This document shows positions 24,976 to 37,085 of a DNA stretch of 64,000 bases, one piece after another (the first letter of the stretch is position 1; every line of letters starts with the position of its first letter). The DNA is taken from the NCBI GenBank assembly GCA_043228905.1, contig JBHGNT010000008.1, positions 16,244,001 to 16,308,000 on the forward strand. Direction: 5' to 3'. Under the pieces are notes generated by a model. The model was not told the origin of the DNA and ran no database searches. It saw nothing but the letters and a program-made list of their open reading frames with translations. A program made the translations under genes and the position numbers. The DNA comes from Azolla caroliniana. Taxonomy: Eukaryota; Plantae; Polypodiophyta.

Positions 24976-27900
24976 AGCGGACTATTGAAGCGTGGGGCAC
25001 AAATAGTCCGAGCAATCATAAGTCCCCACAAGGAAGCGAAATAAGTGGAGCGCAAGGAGAAGCAACATGTGTGACACATAGTGGCGCATGTAAACTTACA
25101 CTACTCAACAAGAAGGACAAGCGTCGGATACAAGACTTTGAGAAGATGCTGAAAGAAGAAAGCATAATCGAAGAAGAAGAATTTGTGTCTCATATTCTAG
25201 AGGAAGCCTCATTTAACGACACCATCGGCGAAATCGAGGAAGTCATGGACTTGAGCTACCCTCACGATCAAAATGTGATTTTGGTTAACTCCATCAACAT
25301 GTACACTATCATCGATGAATATCATCGAGGCATCTTGATGGAGGAAGCTGAAGTCAACACAAAATATAAAATGGTGGATAAGAAGATCAAGCCAGTTGCG
25401 GTTCCGCTACCAGAAGATAGCTGGCAGAAGATGAAAGAAGTTGCCAATGATCCGAGCTTAAGGGATCCAAAGGCAATAGGTCATGTCTTCACCAAAGAGA
25501 CGAAAGGAAAGCTACAAGTTGGAAGGGAAGATTTCCTTCTCCCTGAAGAGGAGAGAATGTTCCGCGGAATGCTTGAGAGACATGGGAAAGCCTTTGCCTT
25601 CTCTCCACAAGAGATCGGATGTGCCGACCCGAAGATGATAGAGCCGATGGTGATTTTTACGGTGCCACATGTACCTTGGAACCTCAAGCCGATACCGGTT
25701 CCAAGAGCTCACATTCCAAAGTTGATTGAGCTTCTAAAGGAAAAGGTTAGGATGGGAATTCTTGAGCCATCCAATGCTCCCTACTCTAATAGATGGTTTA
25801 CGGTGCCGAAGAAGAACGGGTCCTTACGCTTTATACAAGATCTCCAACCCGTCAACAAGGTGACGATCCGAAATGCCAGAATTCGTCCAAGCGTGGATGA
25901 ATTTGCCGAAGACTTCGCGGGAAGATCGATCTATTCCATTGGAGATCTCTACTCGGGCTATGATCAATTTCAATTGGCCGTCGATAGTAGAGACATAACG
26001 ACAATGAGGACGCCGATCAGGCTGGTAAGGATGTGCACCTTACCCCAAGGTGCAACAAATTCTATAGCCCACATGGTGAATGCCATGAATAAAGTGTTGA
26101 GGGATTGCATCCCCGATATCACAATGCCCTTCATAGATGACATTCCAATCAAAGGATGCTTGATGGAAGAGAAAGATGAATCGAAAGATGAAGATGGTTG
26201 CCAAAGATTCGTCATCGATCATATAAAGGATAGCGAGAAGGTGTTGCAAAAGCTTGAGGATGCGAATCTCACGCTTTCGGGAGAGAAGTCTGCATTCGGT
26301 CAACCAGAAATATTGGTAGTAGGACACTTATGTGGGTCTTATGGCCGGAAGCCATCTCCATCCAAGGTGAACGCTATTCAAGAGATGAAAGAAGAATGTG
26401 TGTCTCAAACAGAGGTGCGTAGATTCTTGGGAGCATGTGCATTCTATCACATATGGATTCCACATTATGCCCATGTCGTTGAACCATTGTATGGACTATT
26501 AAAGAAAAGGAAGAAGTTTGAATGGGAAGATGAGCATACCTACGCGATTTGAAAACTAAAGAAACTATTATTGGAAGCTCCAGCACTGCGCAAAGCCGAC
26601 TACACCGATGGTACCCCGATATATGTGACGGTGGATACTAGCCCAACCGGAATTGGATGGGTGATAAACCAAGAAGACAAAGAAAAGAATCGGTATGCAA
26701 TCCGATTCGGTGCGAAGGTGTTAACGGAAAGACAAAGGAAGTATGCCCAAGTAAAGAGAGAGCTATGGGGAATAGTATTCGCGGTTAAAACTGACCGTGA
26801 CTACCTTATAGGAACAGAGGTAATAATCGAAACCGACTGTCTACCTATTCTCAGAATGATATCCGGTTGTGCTACACCGGATATTGCTATGTTGCGATGG
26901 ATTGCCTATATCAAGTCCCTCAACCCCGAGATTCGGCATATAAATGGAAAGCATAATGTGGTGGCCGATATGTTGTCAAGGGCGAGGTATGAGGGTGAAG
27001 AAGATTTGCACTCCGATGAAGAGGATGTTGGCCTAAACTTCTTTACGGTTTTTTGTGCTCGGGTGCTAGCAGTATTCAAAGTAGAAGATTATGAGGGTGA
27101 ATTCATCGAAATTGACAAATACTTAAGCTCTCTTACAAAAGATGAATCATGGTCAAAGGAAGACTTCTACCGAATTAGGAAGAAGGCCTACAAGTTCTTC
27201 CTCAAAGATGGACATCTATGGAAGTTTCTGAAGAAGAAGAATGGAACTCCACTTCGAGTGGTGTGCAAGAAACAGGATCAACAAACACTAATTGCTGAAT
27301 TTCATGATAGTGTGTGGGCAGGTCATCGTGGTATGTGGGCAACATTTGCAAAGCTCAAGGAGAAGTATTGGTGGCCGGGTGTTTACAAAGATGTAGCAAG
27401 CTATGTTGAAACATGTGAGCAATGCCAATTATACTCGAATATTCAACATAGGGATGAACTTCATCCGACATATCCATTATCAATGCACTATAAGTGGTTG
27501 GTAGACATAGTGGTTATGCCAATGGGATTGGGGCAAATGAAATATCTCGTGCTAGCAAGAGAAGATCTCACCAACCAAGTAGAAGGACGGGCGCTAAGGA
27601 ATAAACAACTTCGGCGGTTTGTAAGTTTCTCCTTGAGGATGTTATTTGTCGATACGGATGTGTCGGCAAAATAGTAGCCGATAGGGGAGAATTAGATGCG
27701 AATGAAGCTAAATAGTTCTTTTCAAGAATAGGCGTCAAATTATCGCTCACCATGGCGTACAACCCGGATGCAAATGGGAAGGTGGAATGAGGACATGGTC
27801 TGATTGTAAAAGCTCTAGCAAAGGCTTGCAACGGCAAGATGGGGAATTGGCCACGATTACTACCTTATGCATTGTGGGCAAATAGAACTACACATAGCAC

Positions 27901-28422
27901 GACTACGAGATATATGCCTGCCGAACTCATATTAGGACAAAAACCAATAATGCCTATTGAGCAAAGTGTTGCTTCGTGGACATCTTTGCCATGGCAAGAG
28001 GAAATGAGTCAGGAAGACTTGCTAGCCACGAGGATTCAACAACTAGAATGGAGGCCCGAAGATGTCGAATTGGCAATAAACGGTTGCACCAAGCTCGATT
28101 GAAGAACAGGGAGAATTTCGATAAAAAGCATCGTCTTCAACAAAGAAAAATTGAAGAAGGAGATTGCGTTCTTGTCTATGATAGTAGTCTCGATAATCAA
28201 TATAGCACTACTCGAAAGTTCGCGAAATGATGGTTTGGCCCGTATATGGTCAAGAAAATAGAAAGCAATGCAACCTATTTTTAGGCGGAGTTAGATGGAA
28301 CTCGACTTGCTTTGCCAATAGCAAGGAAGAGGATCAAGATCTTTAAGAGAAGAGAGGCCCCAAATCTTGAGATCAAAGCTCTAGATGATGTATCCTCGAA
28401 CATCGAGGTTGAAGAAGAGTAA
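24969..28422 (+). pseudogene. G4 pol (RT-RH-INT, disrupted), in the -1 frame relative to gag-PR
   Basis: ORFs 25071..26552 and 26571..27674 plus downstream fragments ending in WFGPY. Confidence 0.9.
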
Positions 28423-28809
28423 TTAAAAAAGAGGAACCTCACCACAATTGGCACATACCGGTGGATGTGCAGGTTTGGTGGGGGTGAATGTCGTGTGGTT
28501 TTTCACACACAAGATTAAAACTAGTAAAATAATTATTTAAGATTAGCTTAATGTATTCATATAGATAGGTGTCTTCAAGAGTTTCATAGCGTATTTTACT
28601 ACGCATGAAACGGATAAACAAGTATCAAGCTATGTGAGTGTGAAGTTTGAAGAAGAAGAAAGAAAAGACAAAACTGTGAGATATCCCACATAGATAGGAC
28701 AACATTGGAACCTAGGATATATAAGGGAAACCAAAACATATTCATTCTACCAATGTGTGGAACATAGAATGTTCAAGGTGACTCAGGCTACATTGTGTGG
28801 TGTGCACGC

Positions 28810-29270
28810 TTCGGGCATATGTGCGTATGCACGGTCGTGATTACGCTTCGAGCGTATGCACGTATGTGCATATGCACGGTCGTGTTAACGCTTTGGGCGT
28901 ATGCGCGTATGTGCGTATGCACGATCGTGTTAACGCTTCGGGCGTATGCGCGTATGTGCGTATGCACGATCGTGTTAACGCTTCGGGCGTATGCGCGTAT
29001 GTGCGTATGCACGGTTGTGCTGACGCTTCGGGTGTATGCGCGTATGTGCGTATGCACGGTCGTGTTGACGCTTTCGGCATATGCGCGTATGTGCGTATGC
29101 ACGGTCGTGTTAACGCTTCGGGCGTATGCGCGTATGTGTGTATGCACGATCGTGTTAACGCTTCGGGCGTATGCGCGTATGTGTGTATGCACGATCGTGT
29201 TAACGCTTCGGGCGTATGCGCATATGTGCGTATGCACGGTCGTGTTGACGCTTCGGGCGTATACGTGTGT
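28810..29270 (+). repeat. 45-bp CpG-rich tandem array (about 10 units) in the G4 3' LTR
   Basis: Unit TGCGTATGCACGGTCGTGTTAACGCTTCGGGCGTATGCGCGTATG, visible as 15-aa periodicity in the ORF track. Confidence 0.9.
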
Positions 29271-30230
29271 GCATGGCCACGTGGACGTCTTCGGATGTAT
29301 GCGTGTGTGCAAGTTTCGAGCGTACGCGCGCAAGCGTAGATCCGTACATTGCGGCGCGGTCGGCACTTTTGCATGCAGACGCGTGTGTACGGACGAGCGC
29401 GCGGATGCGTACACAATGCGATCAGGACGTGCGCATGCGTGGATACGTACATTGCGCGGTCGAGACTTTTGCGCGCGGACGCATCTACAGTTTAGTTGCG
29501 ACGCACGTACGGATTGCGCACGGGCTAAACTTTATGGATGATTGGGTCATTTGGCCGAATTATACGGACAATCGCATGCAACCAAAAGCCAAGGCCATGC
29601 AACTAAAAGTAAAAGGCATGCATCTAAAAATGGAAGCATGCAACTAAAAGCAGAGGTCATGCAACTAAAAATAGAGGCCATCCAACTAAAAGTGGGCATG
29701 CAAAGTAACATTGGGGAGGAGGATCAACGAGGAGCTGGATATATGTCCTATTTTTTCCCTACTAGTTTTTTTTTTTCGCCCCTCTTCCTTCTTCTTCCCT
29801 CTGGGTTTTCGAGAAACAAATTATCTCACATATTGATATCAAACTCCTAGCTTTGGGGACTCGATCTTTCTTGTCAAAAATTATCTCTCGTATTCATATC
29901 GGACCACTCCTTGCATGGTTGTTGGCTCCTTTCTTTGAAAAATTAATCTCTCATTTCCATACCCAACCCATTGTAACACGATTCTGAAATTATAAAGAAT
30001 CGATTTTCTTTTGCAATAAAGGAATGATTTGTCTCTCCCACTTGTCTTATGCTTAAAACTTGCTTGTGTTGTACGTGTTGCACTAAATCCTTCTAGTCCA
30101 GAACCCCGGCGGTTCCGTCTCACGATCCGCACATAGTGACGGATTTTCACAACACCGGTTTCGTTCGGTGGGGAATGGAAGCCGGTATTGCTTCCCGAGT
30201 TGGCAAGATTCACATATTTGGGCCTTCCGG

Positions 30231-30894
30231 TGTCGCGAAGATACGCGTGCGAGCGTGCTTCGCTTGAGCGGGACCACCGGGGTCTTGGACCAAGGAGGAT
30301 GTCCGTCAAGGTATTGAGAAGAGGACGATGTGAATGTAAGATTGGAGGAAGACCTATTACACTTGAGAAGATTGAAGATTGTACACTTTGAGAAGTAGAT
30401 AAATAATTACAAGATAGATGCGAAGAAGAAGAAATAGAAGCTTATATTATTGATGGTGATGATGATTGTCATATCATATTGAGCCCCCCCCTTACACAAG
30501 CCGTACTAGGGGTTTTATAGGTTTGTCCATGCACAAAACCATGGGCTTGGAGCCATGGTTTCTATGCACACAGTTTTGCTTTGAGACATGCAAGAAACCA
30601 TGGGCTTAAAACCGTGGTTTTGTGTACACGGTTTTGTTCGTTTGTTTCCTACGGAATACTGAATATGAGAAAGAAATATAGAACATCTAAAGCACTTAGT
30701 AGTAGCTTTAGTGGTAAGGTAATTGCCTCTTATCTTAGAGGTGCAAGGTTCAAATCCTACTTGCAACCCTCTACATGCACTCAATGCCATTGGGACCTAG
30801 GTTTATTTATTTTCATTTTTACAAGTATTCGTGAAATGTGTGTGGATCCTCAATTTTTGATTTTTTCTCGCACTAGACATGCCACATCACGACA
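30231..30894 (-). mobile_element. Solo LTR of the Trp-primed gypsy lineage
   Basis: TGTCG...CGACA termini; TSD CCGG (30227-30230 and 30895-30898); lineage U5 motif near 30270-30293. Confidence 0.9.
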
Positions 30895-31878
30895 CCGGCA
30901 ACTAAATTTCAGCAATTCAAACACAACTTGTTTCAATTGCAAGTCTTGAAGCGTCTGGTAGTTGACGTGGCCGATCCGCTTATGTCAAAGATCGATGTCT
31001 GATTCAATCTTCTGTCCTTTGGCAAACATGGCGGTGCCGACGTCATTGGTGTTGAGGATGAACATCCTCCCTTCTCTACGCCCTTGCGCGATTATCCGGC
31101 CTTCTTCTTCGATGAAACACCCGAGGTGCATAAACCGCACCTACATCCCCTGGTCGACAATTTGTCCGACCGACACCAAGTTCTTTGTGATTCTCGGAAT
31201 GTGTAATAGATTCATCAGCTTCCACTTCTATTCCACATGGCTCAAAGGGACTTCTCCAACATGCACAATCGGGTGAGGAGTGTCGTCTCCAATTTCGACG
31301 ATTCCCAGTTGTTCTGGTTTCTCCAAAAACGAGAACCACTCTTCATGGCTCGTCATGTGGTTGGACACTCATGAATCAACGTACCATACTTCCTCCGATC
31401 CGGAAGTAGTCTTCTTCATCGAGTTAGCCTTGTGCTTCATCACGAAGGTTGGCCCTTTACCGGTCTTCCCGGTTCTAGATCCTTCCGATCCTTCTGCGTC
31501 GTTCGAGCTTTGCCAGTTTTCCCGACCGGTTTTGGCGGATCCGGATTTGTCCGAATCGGCGCGCTTCTTCCAACACTGGCTTTCCCTGTAGCCCTTCTTG
31601 CCACAGTACTAGCATTCCGTGTCGGCTTTTCCTTTCCCACTTCCAACGCCGCTTTCACTCCCCCTGCTTGTGGAGGGTCCGGAACTGCTGTCGGCACTAC
31701 CTCTGTGCCTTTGGTCCTACTCTTGCCAGTCACCTCCATTTCGTGCCGACCCACCTCGTCCACCACGTCCATGGGGATGATCTGTCTCCGTGTACAGCAT
31801 CCGGTCATCCGATTGAGTGGTCCTCGACCCACTCGCGTGGTTTTCTTCGATCGTTAGCATCGATTGCAAGTCGAAGAA

Positions 31879-34800
31879 ACTCGGGTCCATCAATGTGACG
31901 GTGGACGAAGACAAGATCGTACAAATCTGCCTCGGTGGTCTAGCGCAAAGGTACGGGCCAATCCGGACAGCAATCTGCACCTGGGAGAAGCGATCCTCCT
32001 TCTTCGACTTACAATCAATGTTGATGGTCAAAGAAAACCATGCGAGTCAGTTGAGGACCACTCAATCGAACAACCGGATGTTGTACACGGAATCGGATCG
32101 GCCCCGTGGATGTGGAGGATGAGCTGGGTCGGCATGCAATGGAGGCGGCTGGCAAGAGTAGGACTGAAGGCACAGAGGTAGTCCCGATAGCAGTTCCGGA
32201 CCCTCCACAAGATGGGGGAGTCAAATCGGCGCCGGAAACCGGCAAGGAAAACCCGACACGGAATGATGGTACTGTGGCAAAAAGGGCCACAGGGAAAGCG
32301 AGTGTTGGAAGAAGCGCGTCGATTCGGACAAATCCAGATGCGGGAAAACCAGCAAAGCTCGCACTACGCGAAAGGATCAGAAAGATCTGGAACCGGGAAG
32401 ACCGGTAAAGGGCCAGCCTTCGTGATGAAGCACAAGGCTAACTCGATGAAGAAGACTACTTCCAAATCAGAGGAAGTATGGTATGTTCATTCCAGAGCGT
32501 CCAATTACATGACGAGCCATGAAGAGTGGTTCTCTTCTTGGAGAAGGCGAAACAACCGGGGATTCTCGAAACCGGAGACGACACCCCTCACCCGATTGTG
32601 CATGTTGGAGAAGTCCCTTTAAGCCATGTGGGACAAAAGGGAAAGTTGATGAATGTATTACATGTTCCAACTTCCGACAATCACAAAGACCTGGTGTCGA
32701 TCGGACAAATCGTCAACTAGGGAATGCATGTGCAGTTTACGCACCTCGGGTGCTTCATCGAGGATGAAGTCCGTATAATTGCGCAAGGACACAGAGAAGG
32801 GAGGATGTTCCTCCTCAACACTAATGGCATTGGCATAGCCATGTTTGCCAAAGGACAGAAGATTGAATTGGAAATCGATCTCTGGCACAAGCGGAGTGGC
32901 CACATCAATTACCAGAGGCTTCAGGACCTACAATCAAAACAGGTTGTGTTCAGTTTGCTTAAATTCAGTGGCCGGAAGGCCCAAGTATGTGAAGCCTGCC
33001 AACTGGGGAAGTAACACTAGCTTCCATTCCCCACCGAACGAAACCGGAGCCGTAACAAGCTCGATCTAATCCATTCGGATGTATGGGGACCAGCACAAAA
33101 CGTTAGTCTTGGCGGGAGTAGATATTTCGTCTCCTTCATCGACGACTACTGCCGGCACACGTCGATCTACCTCATCGAGAAGAAAAGCGAAGTCTTCGAT
33201 TGTTTCCGGAACCTTCAAAGCTTAGTCGAAAGGGAAATGGAGAGGAAGATGAAGTGCTTGTGGTCGGATGGCGGAAAAGAATACTTTTTCGGTCAATTCA
33301 ATAGTTATCTGCAGCAGAATGGAATTCAGAGAGAATTCAGCTGCAGATACACACCGGAACAAAACGGTGTGCCCGAGAGAAAGAACCGGTCGATTGTCGA
33401 CGCGGCAAGGCCAATGCTGGAGGAAAAGAGCATGCCCCAATTCTATTGGGCTGAGGTGGTTTGGATGGCCGTCTACATCCAAAACCGGATTGGAGACAAG
33501 GTGTCAGCAAACGAGCTGTATTTCGGGCGCAAGCCAAATTTGAGACACCTTCAGATATTCGGTAGCATAGCATATGTGCATGTACCGGATGAGAAGCGGA
33601 GGAAACTAGATCCGAAGTCGGAGAAGTGCATCCTATTCGGCTACTCGCATGAGCAAAAGGGGTACAAGTGCTATAACCCCCAAACGAAGCAAGTCCGACT
33701 AACCTGAGATGTCGAGTTTGATGAGACGGCATCATGGTACTCCTTATCAACTCCAAGTCCCGACAAAGACCCGATTCCGGAGGATGAGGCCAGTGAGCCT
33801 GAACCGGTCCAGATAGAAGATGACGAGCTTGAGACTCTACAAGAGAGTCCGGAATCGTTTCGGTTGAGTGGACCGAACGAGCAACTGGGTCAAAGTGACC
33901 AGTCGGATGAGGAATCGGCGAGTAGTGGAGACTCTGTCGTGCTCTCCCTGCGCAAGAAACCAAGGAGACGGTTGACGCGCAAAGAGAAGGGGAAGAAGAA
34001 GATCCCAGAATACAAAACCAGCAACGTTGAGTAGGATCGGAGTGAATCCAACTGCGGAAAGGATGAAGGCGGATCTTCGGGAACAAAGTCCGAACCAGCT
34101 AAGAAGGGCCACAAATCGGGTGATGACAAGTTACACTGGTCATCCCGCCAGAAGAACCCCATTACGAGGTACGGGTACAATGACTACATGGCGCATCACT
34201 ATGTGTACATGACCAAAGTGGCAGAAGTGCGTGAGCCGGAGAGCTACGCAGAAGCGGCAAAGGACGCAAATTGGCATGCCACTATGGAGGAAGAAATGCA
34301 GGCACTCGAAGACAACGACACATGAGACCTCGTTGACCCTCCCCAACACTGTCAACCGATTGGTTGCAAATAGGTGTACAAGGTAAAGTACAAGGCCCGA
34401 TTAGTGGTGAAGGGATATGCGCAGACCCACGGAATCGACTATGATGAGACATTCGCTCCGGTAGCGAAGATGACGACGGTTCGTGTGGTATTGGTAGTTG
34501 TTGTGGCAAGGAGGTGGCATCTTCACTAGATGGACGTGAAGAATGAGTTTCTTCAAGGTGACCGTGAAGAATGGGTCTATATGATCCAACCTCCCGGTTT
34601 TCAGTCGGAGATGAACAAGTCGGCGGTGTGCCGGCTTAAGAAGTCGCTTTACAGTCTGAAATAAGCCCCCCGATCTTGGAATGCGAAAATCACGCACCGG
34701 TTGTGTAAGATGGGGTTTGTGACCTCTAAATCCGAGTCATCGTTGTTCATCCGGCAAGGTCCGAACGGTCCAGTTTGCATCTTACTTTACGTAGATGATT

Positions 34801-36900
34801 TAGTCATCACGGACCCGGACTTAATGAAATCGGCCATGTCAAGGCCTAGCTATCGGACGCATTTGAGATGAAGCACCTAGGGAACCTTCATTATTTCCTT
34901 GGGATCGAGGTCATCCGAACCCCCGACGGCATATTGCTCTCACAACGACACTACGTGTTGAATATGTTGTACAAGTTCGGCATGACGGAATGCCGACCTG
35001 TCTCCACAGCCCTGGACCGAAACCTGAAGCTCTGTCCCGACTCCGAACCAGCCTGCGATGAGAAACGGTTCTGACAAATAGTCGGAACCCTGATATACTT
35101 GACAATCACCCGACCCGACATCAGTTATACGATCGGTGTGATCAGCCAATTCATGGAGAAGCCAACCGTGAAGCACCTTCAGTGCGCGCATCGAATATTG
35201 GGGTATGTGAGCAGCACGAAGGACCGGGGGCTGTTATACCAACATGGTATAACTGAAGAGCTAGTCGGATACACAGATGTCGACTAGGCTGGTGATACAT
35301 CGGATCGCCGATCCACCTCCAGTTACATGTTTTCTCTAGGTAGCGCGGCTATTGCGTGGAGCAGCAAAAAGCAGCCAACAATGGCTCTGTCGAGCATTGA
35401 GGTTGAGTATCGGGGTGCTACCAATGCCACCTATGAAGCCATCTAGCTTCGGCGACTGCTCCAAGACCTGCGGATTGAGGTACCGACCCCCATCCTAATC
35501 TACTGTGACAACATGAGCAGCATTCAGGTCGCGAAGAACCCCGTGTTCCATTCTCGAACAAAGCACATAGAAGTGTATTATCACTTCGTGCGTGAGCGGG
35601 TCCTGAGCGGTGATGTCGAACTTCGGTATGTTTAGGAGGATCGGCAGGTTGCCGACAATTTCACCAAACCACTCAGATCAGAAAAGTTGCAGCACTTCAC
35701 CGAAATGCTTGGTGTTCAGCATCTCAACATGTCGCACTTGAGGGGGAGAACAGGCACGAGTAAAGGCAAAGAAACCAGTGCCACAACGGGCAAAGGCAAA
35801 GGAACTGTTGATGGCACCAGACAAGGAACCAGAAAGGGAAGAACCAACAAAGGGAGAGACAGGAGGAAAAAGGAAGCCATGCCGATAGAAGAAGTCGGCA
35901 CATCCGAACAAGTCCGAACGAGCGGCGGCGGCGGTAGAGTCAAGAAGGACAGAGCCGACCAGAAGGAGAAGTCCAAGACCCGGACATGGTCTAATGTGGT
36001 GAAGGGCCTAAAACCGGGAGATGAGTTGGAGAACACCGACTCGGATTGGAGCCGAAACAAATCGGGAGCGACTGATTCGGACAAGGACTGGAACGAATCG
36101 GAGACAACTGATTCGCTTCAACAGTTGGATTCGGAGGAGCCGGATCAAGTAAAGGCCAAGCGGACACGGACGCAGCGGAAGTCAATGCGAACATGAAGGA
36201 ACCGACGGGTCGACAAGCGCCGGAGTCGCAGCAGCGAGGGAGCTGAAATGGGCTTGGTGAGCAGACAAGTCGACCGAGGAGGTCGAGGTGCGCAAAACCA
36301 GAAGGGTCACGACAAATAGGACCGAACCAGACGAGGAGCACGAGCAAGGTAGATCGATGCCAAAAGGAGCCGGCTAGAAGAACCGACTGCCACTGACACT
36401 AACACCACGATCTGACCTCAAGTTGAGCTTGAGGGGGAGTGTTGAGCAAGCAAGCTCAATCGAATCTGGATCGACTGAATAAGCCTGAGCCGAATCGGCA
36501 TCCGGAAGGATGAGCCAGATTGGTATCTGGATGGTATCCAGAAACAACCAGGCCGGATCGGAGAGCCGGATTCGAGTGGGAACCGAAAGCCTAGTAGTAG
36601 CCTAGACTACTAGGTAATCATTGTCTCATAGTTAGTGTTAGTCGCATGTAGGAATATTGAAGTACCTATCAGTACTTCTGTCAGTCCTTTATGGACCTTG
36701 TATAAATAGTGTTGTTATAGCACATTGTATGTACACAGAGTTTTAGAGTTATTTTGAATCTACATTTACATTCTGCTCTCTCTGTCTCTCCCACGTATAC
36801 TCTTTGTGTACTAACCTTCTCCATTAAACCTTCATCTTATTCTCTATTGCTATCCGGCTGAGCCGGTTCTATCTAACGCTTCCGCACGTTAACATTAACA
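31879..36900 (+). mobile_element. 5'-truncated Ty1/copia (copia C), same family as copia B, with its 3' LTR
   Basis: Partial gag, PR, INT (IHSDVWGP, EQNG), RT and RH, all with many stops; PPT 36431-36439; LTR from 36440 to about 36900. Confidence 0.9.
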
Positions 36901-37085
36901 ATGGACTTGTATAAAAGTGCTCTCTGAGCACATTCTATGTACAGAGTGTATTATCTTTTTGAATTGAGTTTTATGTTCTGCTCTCTCTATCTCTCCCGTG
37001 CATTCTCTGTTAAACCTTCTCTCTACGTTCTGTTGGTATCCGGTTGAGCCGGATTGTCATACACTTCCGCATATTAACTTTCACA
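36901..37085 (+). repeat. 3' half of an older LTR related to the copia C LTR
   Basis: Diverged match to 36691-36894, including the TATA box, CT tract and TATCCGG.TGAGCCGG...CTTCCGCA; ends in CA. Confidence 0.75.

Larger units (their letters stand above)
20961..30154 (+). mobile_element. Full-length tRNA-Trp-primed Ty3/gypsy (element G4) nested in copia B
   Basis: LTRs 20961-22738 and 28489-30154; PBS 22747-22764; flanks CCGA and CCGG, with the empty site CCGG inferred from copia C near 33044; pol strongly similar to G1. Confidence 0.95.
17934..31878 (-). mobile_element. Ty1/copia remnant (copia B), split by two insertions into 17934-20960, 30155-30230 and 30895-31878
   Basis: Gag knuckle and protease near 31350-31620; INT at 20200-20960; RT ORF 19087..19761; RH at 18260-18720. 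Removing the insertions restores colinearity with copia C. Neither LTR is seen. Confidence 0.88.

Noticed and set aside
28788-29647. Several 120-250 aa Cys/His-rich ORFs on both strands
   Set aside because: They arise from a stop-free 45-bp array. The sister LTR has a 37-bp unit that breaks the frame.
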